Assembly: GCA_965206985.1 (NCBI GenBank)
Contig: CBDBLF010000009.1
Span: forward strand, 15,498-79,497
DNA: 64,000 nt
Origin: Spirochaetota bacterium
GTDB lineage: Bacteria > Spirochaetota > Leptospiria > Turneriellales > CBDBES01
Reading direction: 5' to 3'
This document shows, piece by piece, positions 38,883-47,337 of this stretch (the first letter of the stretch is position 1; every line of letters begins with the position of its first letter). The position numbers and the translations under genes were made by a program. The notes under the pieces are model-generated. The model was given only the letters and a program-made list of their open reading frames with translations, searched no databases and was not told the DNA's origin.

Positions 38883-38884
38883 AA
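37787..38884 (+). CDS. IS481-family DDE transposase (HTH + rve-like core)
   Basis: 365 aa. N-terminal HTH (KTTVKTVKKWFRRF). DDE candidates FDVDTKHL, QTDNGSEF, QSDVETTHRLIED. The ORF ends within the right IR, as is common in IS481. Confidence 0.7.
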   Translation: MKHPSQVICLNRYSAVMRNSKDKKLYRMQMVHYAKKHGFKPTARMFKTTVKTVKKWFRRFESEKYVGLEDKSHAPHYSPHAITDFEKAYVCFLKKKRRGFGAQELKNVYQLDLSVKAIRRAWREQALLKKKRRKHKTKQNLREIKKLWGLFKQFDVDTKHLYDIPELWPYIQENIVPKYQYTFREVFSGLQFLAFADEYNMAYSCLFMEVILDHLVKSGVDLKKNNTRGQTDNGSEFIGAWNKKGDSEFTKVLASYGVPHQTIPAGAHTWQSDVETTHRLIEDHLYLNETYNSREDFLNKAGSYLLMFNSIRKNSYKENKSPWQLIREESTTIDKQILNLPPFRLDYLFQKMPMVVGGYNPILHP

Positions 38885-39000
38885 TTTTAACCAAAGTATA
38901 GAATTCAATTAATATATAGAAACTTCTAGGAGGCTCAGAGCTTGTGCAGGAACTAGGATTTTTCTTGCTTTTCTGTGTTCTTCTTTGTTTATGTCTTATT

Positions 39001-40698
39001 ATGAAACGATTTATGAAAAGTGATAGAGATCAAGTTATGCTGTTTTCGCATACTATAGCAGACAATTTAGAAGAAAATCACGAGGTTTATGCCTTTGCTG
39101 CCTTGTTAGATAAAATTCCTATGAAACCATTTCTTTCTAAGTACTCAAAAGAAGGGGGTCGGGCTTACCATCCGGTTATAATGCTGGGATGCCTTTTTTA
39201 TGGCTTTCATCGTGGATGGAGAAGCAGCAGAGAATTACAAAAAGCCTGTGAAGAGAACGACGCCATGCGTTATTTAGTTGGTGGTCATAAAGTAAAGTTT
39301 CGGTCTATTGCTGAATTCCGTGTTAATTTTGGTAAAGAAATTGGCGAAGTTTTTAATTACTCTGTATCTTTGCTATCCCACAAAAAGAAAAATATTGGTA
39401 TTGATGTTAAGGTAGATGGAACTAAAATCAAAGCCAGTGCTGCTGACGATCAAACATACAAAAAGTCAGATTTAGAGGAACGTAAAAGAGCTATACAGCA
39501 AGAGATCTTAGAGTATCTACGCTCAGGTAGAGAATTAGATATTGAGGAAGATAAACTATATGGTAAAGACAACAGTGGCTATGAGCTTAATCCTGAAGAG
39601 GTAGATACGGTCATTGAGGAGTTTATTCGCTTACAAAAAGCGAGTGAAAAGGCAAAGAGAGAGTCATTAAAAACAGCAGAAGGAAAGCAAAGTGAACCAG
39701 CCGAGTTTTCTACATCTGTTGAAAAAGATTCTTCAGAAACTATAGAAGGTACACAGGATATAGAAGCTCTAAAAACAGGAGAAAAAGAAGTTGAGGTCTT
39801 TTTAGAAGATACAACTAATTCTCATGCTAACGAGCCAGAATTATTGATAAATGAAGACCAGGCTGCAGAGGATAATGATTCTGTTATGCTTAGGAAAGCT
39901 CAAAAGTATGTTACAATCAGTAAAAGTCTGGAAGAGAATCAAGAGTCTGCTTCTGATTCTAAAATAAATCTTACTGATCCAGATGCTAAATTCATGAAAC
40001 GGAATGGTAAAATTTCTCAAAGCTACAACATTCAAGTTACCTCATCAGAAGGCTATATTTTGGCAGCTGACATTGCTGAAGCTAATTCAGAAAATGATTT
40101 AGAGCAATTAGCTCCTACCCTTTCTAAAGCTGAGTCAAACACAGGGACCAGTATACGGACAGCTTCTGCAGATTCGGGTTACTTTCATTCAAGTGGTTTG
40201 GAATACCTGGATTCAAAAGGGATCAATGGTTTTATACCTTCACCTGATCAGGTAGCCAAAGAAAGAAAAGGAGAAGGGGATTCAGGTTATGAAGCTCATC
40301 AGTTTAAATATGACGAGGATGATGATTCTTGGGTTTGCCCCGAGGGTAAAACCTTAGAATTTCATAATGAATCTGTGAAAGATAAAAAGAAATATACTCA
40401 TTATCATGGTAAACCTCCTGACTGTGTCATTTGCCCTGCCAGAGAACAATGTTGTACGAGCGAAGAAGAGTTACGCAGAGGTTATCGCAAATTGTCAGTA
40501 GACTCTGGTTTTGCTTTAAAACATGAAATGATCAAGAAGATGAATTCAGAAGAAGCAAAGTCTTTCTATAAAAAGCGAGGTTCTGAAATTGAACCCATTT
40601 TTGGAATTTTGAAACAAGCCAAAAAGTTCAGAGAATTCTTGCTCAGAGGCAGTAAAAAGGTTCAAATAGAGGTAAAAATCGGGTCGTGTCATATTTAA
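39001..40698 (+). CDS. IS1182-family transposase, C-terminus replaced by IS1-like insertion (copy 2)
   Basis: Differs from copy 1 by T->I and EG->GD substitutions. Track start GTG 38944 lies in the IR. Confidence 0.8.
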   Translation: MKRFMKSDRDQVMLFSHTIADNLEENHEVYAFAALLDKIPMKPFLSKYSKEGGRAYHPVIMLGCLFYGFHRGWRSSRELQKACEENDAMRYLVGGHKVKFRSIAEFRVNFGKEIGEVFNYSVSLLSHKKKNIGIDVKVDGTKIKASAADDQTYKKSDLEERKRAIQQEILEYLRSGRELDIEEDKLYGKDNSGYELNPEEVDTVIEEFIRLQKASEKAKRESLKTAEGKQSEPAEFSTSVEKDSSETIEGTQDIEALKTGEKEVEVFLEDTTNSHANEPELLINEDQAAEDNDSVMLRKAQKYVTISKSLEENQESASDSKINLTDPDAKFMKRNGKISQSYNIQVTSSEGYILAADIAEANSENDLEQLAPTLSKAESNTGTSIRTASADSGYFHSSGLEYLDSKGINGFIPSPDQVAKERKGEGDSGYEAHQFKYDEDDDSWVCPEGKTLEFHNESVKDKKKYTHYHGKPPDCVICPAREQCCTSEEELRRGYRKLSVDSGFALKHEMIKKMNSEEAKSFYKKRGSEIEPIFGILKQAKKFREFLLRGSKKVQIEVKIGSCHI

Positions 40699-41459
40699 TC
40701 AAAGTTTCTATTTGCGATGAATAATTCTTGTATAGACCACTTATGATTCGTCATTTCTGTAGCCATTGCTGGGGTGATTTGAATTGGTTTTCCTCCCTCA
40801 TACTCAGCTAGACTTGAATGTGGAAGGCAGAAATTGTAATAATTAGCAACAAAAGAATTATGCCCCTGCATATATTTGAATTTTTTTGAAAAACCCTGAC
40901 TTTTACGCTCTATTCTATGATTGTGTTGGCGAAGAGTCAAATTATTCCTTTCTACAGCAAAGGTGTTCATCTGATGACTTACTGAAGAGTTTGCAATATA
41001 TTCATCTAGTAGCTTTTGATCACCAAAGATTAGAGATTTGTCAACTTCCTTACATCTCCCTTTTTCTATTCTCTTAATTATTTGCCCATAACATAGAGAT
41101 TTGGGTGATTGAAGCTTTCTAGTCATTGAGTCAAATTTACCATAAACTGAAAGAATGGCATCACTATATCCCTCATATCCATCAGAGGTAATCAAGAATT
41201 TATCTTCCCTCTTTGGCTTACTTCTTGTTTTTACCTTGGTCAGTAACTTTCTAGCATTCACTGAGGTCCTCTTGCCTGTTATATGCGCTAAAATGAGCTT
41301 TTCTACAGGCAATACTGCAGTAAAAGTCCAGATATCCCCTATTTCATCACTTAATCGCTCAGTCTCTGATAGATTGTATTGTTTTTTAAAGACAAAACCC
41401 CAATGCTCGTCTAATTGAATTTCATTGAAAGACAGGTTTTTGTATATATTTTTTTTCAA
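40695..41459 (-). CDS. insB: IS1-family InsB-like ORF (copy D)
   Basis: Identical 254-aa product. Confidence 0.8.
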   Translation of the reverse strand: MKKNIYKNLSFNEIQLDEHWGFVFKKQYNLSETERLSDEIGDIWTFTAVLPVEKLILAHITGKRTSVNARKLLTKVKTRSKPKREDKFLITSDGYEGYSDAILSVYGKFDSMTRKLQSPKSLCYGQIIKRIEKGRCKEVDKSLIFGDQKLLDEYIANSSVSHQMNTFAVERNNLTLRQHNHRIERKSQGFSKKFKYMQGHNSFVANYYNFCLPHSSLAEYEGGKPIQITPAMATEMTNHKWSIQELFIANRNFD

Positions 41460-41799
41460 CTTTTAGTGAATCTTCACCTGCTGCTTTAACCCAAGCAAGA
41501 ACTGTATCCTTGCTGATACCAAAGACTCTTCCGGTAGCTCTAATGCCACAGCCCTCAACTGTGTTTTGTAATACCCGAGTAATGGTTTCTTTGCTTTTCT
41601 TGCGACGAAAAAAAATAGTGCCTTTATTCTCTGAAAAGCATCTACCACAAGCGGTGCACTTTAAATAGGCTATTTGTTTGTACTTACCAGACATATAAGC
41701 AAAGCGCACATTTCCTTCATTTACCTTATGATACTTATGGCAGTCTGTATTTTGACAGCTAAAACCACTTGTATCAAAGGTATATTTTCTTTTGTTCAT
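41422..41799 (-). CDS. insA: IS1-family InsA-like ORF (copy D)
   Basis: Identical 125-aa product. Confidence 0.8.
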   Translation of the reverse strand: MNKRKYTFDTSGFSCQNTDCHKYHKVNEGNVRFAYMSGKYKQIAYLKCTACGRCFSENKGTIFFRRKKSKETITRVLQNTVEGCGIRATGRVFGISKDTVLAWVKAAGEDSLKVEKKYIQKPVFQ

Positions 41800-42095
41800 A
41801 ATGAGACATAACCTTAATTTAAGGGAGATAAGTCAATTCCTTTTTTAATTGGAAACTTTGATTAAATATGACACGACCAAAAATCGCAGCTACAGCATTT
41901 AATTTTGGCAAAATGGTACGAGAACAACTTGCATAAACTATAAATTCCTTGACATATTTGAAAAATGAGACTGACGCAGCAAATATCTCATAAAATGCAC
42001 TGAAAAATCCTAGTTCCTGCACAAGCTCCTCAGGTTTGGTTGCTAAGACCTCCAAAATCTTGTAATCTCTTTACAGATCAAGTGATGACAAGCAC

Positions 42096-45000
42096 GTGAC
42101 TTTTTATTCATATTTGAGAGGTTATATCATTAAAAAAGAAAATAATAAAATCTGCTTATCGGCTGGTGACCTATCTAAGCATCTAGGATGTCGTTTTTTA
42201 ACACAACTTGATTGGGCATATGCGGAGGAACGGATACAAAAAAAAATTTATAAAGACATTACGTTAGAGGCTTTTCAAATACGAGGTCTTCAGCACGAAG
42301 AAGCCTACTTAAAATTGTTAGAAAAACAAGGTCTATCAGTGCTAGAACTAGGTGAGAATAGATCACAAAAATCTACGATATCTTCGATGCGAAAAGGGTA
42401 CGATATAATCGCTCAAGCGACCCTTTCTGATGAAAATTGGCTTGGTAGAGCAGATATACTAAAGAAAGTGGCCCTACCCAGTAATTGGGGAGATTGGTCG
42501 TATGAGGTGGTCGACACCAAACTTTCACAGGAAACAAAAGCAGGAACAATTCTCCAATTGTGTCTTTATTCTGACCTTCTAGCCAATCTGCAAGGTATCG
42601 AACCAACATTCATGACTGTTGTCGCTCCTGGTTTTTTAACCACCAAATATCCATTTAAAAAATATAGTGCTTATTTTCGCACATTACGTAACTCTTTGCT
42701 TGAAACAATTGCTCAGTCACCCATTGACTTAAATCATCCAGAAAAAATTTACCCAAACCCAGTCCCTCAATGTGACTTTTGTGATTGGAAGATGTCGTGC
42801 AAGAAAAAAAGGAGAGACGACGACGATTTATCGATTATCGCCGATATCACAAAATTACAAAAAAAAGAAATCCATGAATTAGGAATAAAAACAATGACCT
42901 CTTTTGCTCATTGGGATATCCCCCTTGATTGGCGACCTAACAGGGGTATCAAAGAACACTACTTCAAAATACAAGAGCAGGCAAAGATTCAATATCAGAG
43001 TGGGCTAGCCCAAAAGGTTTTATATAGACTCCTACCTCTGCAAGAAAATCAAGGTTTGAGCAAATTACCGCCACCATCTCTGGGAGATATTTTTTTTGAT
43101 ATTGAAGGGGATACCTTTGTGGGTGTTCAAGGCTTGGAGTACCTTTTGGGTTTTTCATATTTTGAGCCATCTAACCAAGATCAAAAACTGATCTATACCA
43201 GTCTATGGTCTAAAAATGCCCACGAAGAAAAGCTCGCTTTTGAGGAGTTTGTTCGTTTCGTGTTTGAGCGTTTGCAGAAATACCCTGATCTACATATTTA
43301 TCACTACGCTCCTTACGAGCCAGGGGCCATTAAAAGGCTGATGAGCAAACACGCCACTTGTGAAACTAAAGTTGATACACTCCTTAGAACGCATATATTT
43401 GTTGATCTTATGAGGGTTGTAAAGCAATCTATGATTGTCGGAGTTGATCGATATTCCATCAAGGAGCTTGAAGCATTGTATGCTTTTCAAAGAGATGTAC
43501 CTCTAAGGGATGCCAGCAGTGCTCTTCATCATTTGGAGTTTATCTATGAAACGGAGCAGGTGGAGACACTCCAACCCCAGATTTCTTCTGTTGTTGAGGG
43601 TTATAATCGTGACGATTGTTTCTCTACCAAAGAATTGCGTGATTGGTTAGAACAGGTACGCAACGGTCTCATTGAGAAAGGTGAGCAAATTGAACGACCT
43701 ATTTCCTCAGAAGAGATCAAAAAAAAAGAACTCTCCGATGAAGAAAAGTTAGTTCAAAACCTGCAAGAGAGATTAACGAAAAACATCCCTGAGAACAAAG
43801 AAGAAAGAAGTTCAGAAGAGCAGACGCTATGGGTCCTATCTCACTTATTGGGCTTTCACAAAAGAGAAGAAAAAGCGAAAGCGTGGGAGTACTATCGTCT
43901 TTCTGAGCTCACTAGCGAAGACTTGCTCTACGAAAAAGCGAGAATCCACAGCCTTACCTACATCGAAGATACAGGGGGAACTAAAAAAAATCCTATAGCT
44001 AAATATACGTTTCCACCCCAAATCATTGACATCAAGATAGGTAACCAAGCAAAACTAGTAGGGGGTACTAACTATGGCAGTTTTGTATCGCTTGATTTAG
44101 TAAAGAATGTTGTGGAAATCAAAAAAAAGGCGGAACTACCCCACGCATTTTCAGTGTTTGCTTTTGAGCGAATACCCAGTGGTGATCACTTTAAATCGAT
44201 CAAAAGGCTCGCTGAATGGGTTTCTAAGAATGGTCTCGACTCCACAGGACATTTTCAAGCCGCTCGAAATTTATTACAAAAAAAGAACCAGAGGCTTAAT
44301 TTGGGCATTTCTTCAGAAAATTTGCAACAAAAAAATGAGTCGAGTGTCAAGGCTGCAGTTCGCATTACGCATCAGTTAGACTCGGGAGTTTTGGCCATTC
44401 AAGGCCCACCTGGCTCGGGAAAAACATATTTAGCTTCGCAGGTTATTGCCTCTTTGGTCGAACAGGGCAAAAAAGTAGGAGTGACCGCACTAAGCCATAA
44501 AGTGATTCACAATTTATTAGAGAAAACTCAAGAAATTTGTGACGAAAAAAACTTAAGAGTTCAATGCATCCATAAAGATGGCAAAGAAAAAGAGGACACC
44601 TCCTATCACAAAAGTTTCGTACAAGCAACCAACACAAAATACGAAGATATATCAAAAAAAATTGAAGCGGAAGAGTTTACTGTTATCGGTGGCACCTCGT
44701 GGATGTGGTCGAAAGAAATCTTTTTTGAATTGGTAGACTATCTATTTATTGATGAAGCTGGCCAATTCTCACTCGCCGACGCTATAGCTGTGGCTCAAGC
44801 CGGAAAAAATCTCATTCTTTTAGGAGACCCCCAGCAATTAGAAAAACCCATTCAAGCAACACATCCAGAAGAAACCGACATCTCAGCCTTACAATATTTT
44901 ATGGGTGAGCACTCGGTGACGATTTCCGAAGAAAAGGGTCTCTTCTTAAAAGACACATGGCGTATGCACTCCGATATTTCATCTTTTATCTCAGAGCAGT

Positions 45001-45557
45001 TTTACGAGGGAAGACTTCAAAGTCGAGTGGAGTGTTCACAGCAAAAAATTATAGGTTCTTCTTTTGCAGGAACCGGTATTCGATACATACCGGTTGAACA
45101 TCAGGCTCACCAAAGCTTTTCGCCGGAAGAAGTAGAGAAAGTCTCGGAGATATATCATGAACTGATTTCACAAGCTTCGTGGTTAGATCACAACCGACAA
45201 CGAAGAAAAATCACATACCATGATATTTTAATTATAACGCCATACAACGTGCAAGTGAGAGCCATAGAAGTGGCTATCCCTCAAAGCAGAGTGGGCACCG
45301 TTGATAAATTTCAAGGTCAGGAGGCCGCTGTTGTTATTTATTCACTAGCAACATCTAACGCAGAGGAAGCTCCTCGTGGAATGAGCTTTTTATATAGTCA
45401 GAATCGTTTGAATGTTGCAATATCTCGTGCAAAATGTATGAGCATTATGGTCGGTAATCCCGAAATTTTTTTCCCAAACTGTAGAAACCCCATCGAAATG
45501 GAGTTAGCCAATAGCTTTTGCCGATACCAAGAGGAGGCAAAAAAAGAAAAGAGTTAA
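42096..45557 (+). CDS. Large fusion protein: Cas4/RecB-like PD-(D/E)XK nuclease with Cys cluster + RNase H-like exonuclease fold (TM0106-type) + SF1B (Upf1/DNA2-like) helicase
   Basis: Nuclease: EVVDTKLS, QLCLYS (QxxxY), CDFCDWKMSC (Cx2Cx5C) plus N-terminal Cys. RNase H-like: IFFDIEGD, HYAPYE. Helicase: GPPGSGKTY, FIDEAGQ, LLGDPQQL, VDKFQGQEAAVVIYS, LNVAISRAK. GTG start. Confidence 0.75.
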   Translation: MTFYSYLRGYIIKKENNKICLSAGDLSKHLGCRFLTQLDWAYAEERIQKKIYKDITLEAFQIRGLQHEEAYLKLLEKQGLSVLELGENRSQKSTISSMRKGYDIIAQATLSDENWLGRADILKKVALPSNWGDWSYEVVDTKLSQETKAGTILQLCLYSDLLANLQGIEPTFMTVVAPGFLTTKYPFKKYSAYFRTLRNSLLETIAQSPIDLNHPEKIYPNPVPQCDFCDWKMSCKKKRRDDDDLSIIADITKLQKKEIHELGIKTMTSFAHWDIPLDWRPNRGIKEHYFKIQEQAKIQYQSGLAQKVLYRLLPLQENQGLSKLPPPSLGDIFFDIEGDTFVGVQGLEYLLGFSYFEPSNQDQKLIYTSLWSKNAHEEKLAFEEFVRFVFERLQKYPDLHIYHYAPYEPGAIKRLMSKHATCETKVDTLLRTHIFVDLMRVVKQSMIVGVDRYSIKELEALYAFQRDVPLRDASSALHHLEFIYETEQVETLQPQISSVVEGYNRDDCFSTKELRDWLEQVRNGLIEKGEQIERPISSEEIKKKELSDEEKLVQNLQERLTKNIPENKEERSSEEQTLWVLSHLLGFHKREEKAKAWEYYRLSELTSEDLLYEKARIHSLTYIEDTGGTKKNPIAKYTFPPQIIDIKIGNQAKLVGGTNYGSFVSLDLVKNVVEIKKKAELPHAFSVFAFERIPSGDHFKSIKRLAEWVSKNGLDSTGHFQAARNLLQKKNQRLNLGISSENLQQKNESSVKAAVRITHQLDSGVLAIQGPPGSGKTYLASQVIASLVEQGKKVGVTALSHKVIHNLLEKTQEICDEKNLRVQCIHKDGKEKEDTSYHKSFVQATNTKYEDISKKIEAEEFTVIGGTSWMWSKEIFFELVDYLFIDEAGQFSLADAIAVAQAGKNLILLGDPQQLEKPIQATHPEETDISALQYFMGEHSVTISEEKGLFLKDTWRMHSDISSFISEQFYEGRLQSRVECSQQKIIGSSFAGTGIRYIPVEHQAHQSFSPEEVEKVSEIYHELISQASWLDHNRQRRKITYHDILIITPYNVQVRAIEVAIPQSRVGTVDKFQGQEAAVVIYSLATSNAEEAPRGMSFLYSQNRLNVAISRAKCMSIMVGNPEIFFPNCRNPIEMELANSFCRYQEEAKKEKS

Positions 45558-46385
45558 TGAGTTGAGTGCTAACACTTGATTTAGCTCCTCAGGTTTTTGG
45601 TAGCGATAAATTTTAATTGTTGAGTTAATGAGTAGAGGTAGAACAGCTAAGGAGAACAGGCTCGCCTCCCCCAGATAAGGAATCAAAAGAAAAGGTACAC
45701 TTGTTACTAAAATCACAATGATCGTATAAATTATTTTGGAAATGGGTATTCCAAATTTCACCACAAGGGTATTTTTGTTATGTTTACGGTCGCTCTCATA
45801 ATCGCGAATGTTATTGGCCATAAGAATTAGCGTCGATAAAAATCCTGGCCCCATAGAGATAATGAACATTTTTTCTCCTGCTTGAAAATTAAAGCAACAG
45901 GTACTTTGGGCGTAATAGGAACCGACGACAGCAACCACACCAAAGAAGAGAAAAACAAAAATTTCTCCTAATGCATGATATGCCAAAGGATATGGACCTC
46001 CCGTGTAGGCGTAAGCAAAAATGAGGGATAGAATTCCGATTACTAAGATAACATAGTTTGTCTCATATACGATCCACCCTCCTAGGGCAAGGCATAGAAT
46101 TACCAAAAAAATAATTACCTTAGCCATTGAAGCTGGCTGGATATTACCCGACTGTAACATTCTCGTCGGACCCACCCTTTCTTCCGTGTCAGCTCCTTTT
46201 TTGAAATCGTAATAGTCGTTTATATAATTTGTGATGACCTGTATCAAAACAGCATCAAGGAGAATCAAGCCTGACAAAAGGATATTTGAAAAACCATCAT
46301 AATAAGCCATTCCCAAGCCAAGTAAAACAGGTGAGATGCTTGCCAGTAAGGTTTTGGGACGAGCGGCAAGAAACCAAACCGTCAT
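45504..46385 (-). CDS. menA: 1,4-dihydroxy-2-naphthoate polyprenyltransferase
   Basis: UbiA-family multi-TM protein with NYINDYYDFKKGAD and NNIRDYESDRK Asp-rich motifs. Adjacent to menB. Confidence 0.85.
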   Translation of the reverse strand: MTVWFLAARPKTLLASISPVLLGLGMAYYDGFSNILLSGLILLDAVLIQVITNYINDYYDFKKGADTEERVGPTRMLQSGNIQPASMAKVIIFLVILCLALGGWIVYETNYVILVIGILSLIFAYAYTGGPYPLAYHALGEIFVFLFFGVVAVVGSYYAQSTCCFNFQAGEKMFIISMGPGFLSTLILMANNIRDYESDRKHNKNTLVVKFGIPISKIIYTIIVILVTSVPFLLIPYLGEASLFSLAVLPLLINSTIKIYRYQKPEELNQVLALNSLTLFFFCLLLVSAKAIG

Positions 46386-46419
46386 AGGTATTTTATGTTA
46401 TCACGGGAAGTGTTTTTAG

Positions 46420-47241
46420 TTAGGCTTGACGAGGGAATTTAGAAAAATTGGGCTTCCTCTTTTCATTAAAGGCATTTCTACCTTCTTGCCCTTCTTCTGA
46501 CATGTAGTAAAGCATTGTTGTATTTCCGGCTAGTTCTTGAAGACCAATTTGACCATCACAATCGGCATTGAAGGCTGCTTTTAAACATCTCAAGGCAATT
46601 GGTGAGAGACTCAACATTTCCTGACACCATTGAACGGTTTCTTCTTCAAGCTTTTCGTAAGCGACAACATGATTCACAAGACCCATCTTTAGGGCTTCTG
46701 CGGCACTATATTGTCTGCACAAGAACCAGAACTCACGTGCTTTTTTTTGCCCGATAATACGTGCCAAATAGCTAGCACCCAAACCACCATCAAAAGAACC
46801 CACTCTTGGACCCGTTTGTCCAAAAATAGCATTTTCAGAAGCAATGCTTAGGTCACAAATAACATGCAAAACATGCCCACCACCTATGGCGAATCCATTC
46901 ACCATGGCTACAATTGGTTTGGGACACGTTCGAATTTGTCGCTGCAAATCAAGAACATTGAGACGCATCACTCCCTTCTCGTCTTTGTAGCCCGATTCTC
47001 CTCGAATTATTTGATCTCCCCCCGAACAAAATGCTTTATCACCGGCTCCCGTTAAAATGACGACACCAATCGCTTGATCTTCTCGTGCGTTATAGAAAGC
47101 CTGGCTCATCTCAAAAACAGTTTGAGGACGGAATGCATTTCTCAACTTAGGCCGATTGATTGTTATCTTCGCAATGCCATCCCATTTCTCATAAATAATA
47201 TCTTCATAGTCTCCGAAATTTCTCCATTGTAGTTTCCCCAT
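46420..47241 (-). CDS. menB: 1,4-dihydroxy-2-naphthoyl-CoA synthase
   Basis: Crotonase fold. [35 protein letters not shown]-terminal [12 protein letters not shown] 47241 preferred over TTG 47250. Confidence 0.9.
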   Translation of the reverse strand: MGKLQWRNFGDYEDIIYEKWDGIAKITINRPKLRNAFRPQTVFEMSQAFYNAREDQAIGVVILTGAGDKAFCSGGDQIIRGESGYKDEKGVMRLNVLDLQRQIRTCPKPIVAMVNGFAIGGGHVLHVICDLSIASENAIFGQTGPRVGSFDGGLGASYLARIIGQKKAREFWFLCRQYSAAEALKMGLVNHVVAYEKLEEETVQWCQEMLSLSPIALRCLKAAFNADCDGQIGLQELAGNTTMLYYMSEEGQEGRNAFNEKRKPNFSKFPRQA

Positions 47242-47337
47242 GACAAGCAACTCTTAGAACTTATTTCGACAAGTCAAGTCTTATTAAAAAGTATAACTGT
47301 TAATTCTTTTTTTTTCTAACTTTTTTCTAAAAATATT

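Larger units (their letters stand above)
40682..41878 (-). mobile_element. IS1-family element, copy D (nested in IS1182-like copy 2)
   Basis: Same insertion point and same 8-bp TSD AAAAATCG (40674-40681 / 41879-41886) as copy C. Confidence 0.9.
38938..42028 (+). mobile_element. IS1182-like element, copy 2, with nested IS1-like element (composite 3,091 bp)
   Basis: Same length and internal structure as copy 1, with about 6 nt differences seen. 4-bp direct repeat CTCA (38934-38937 / 42029-42032). Confidence 0.85.
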
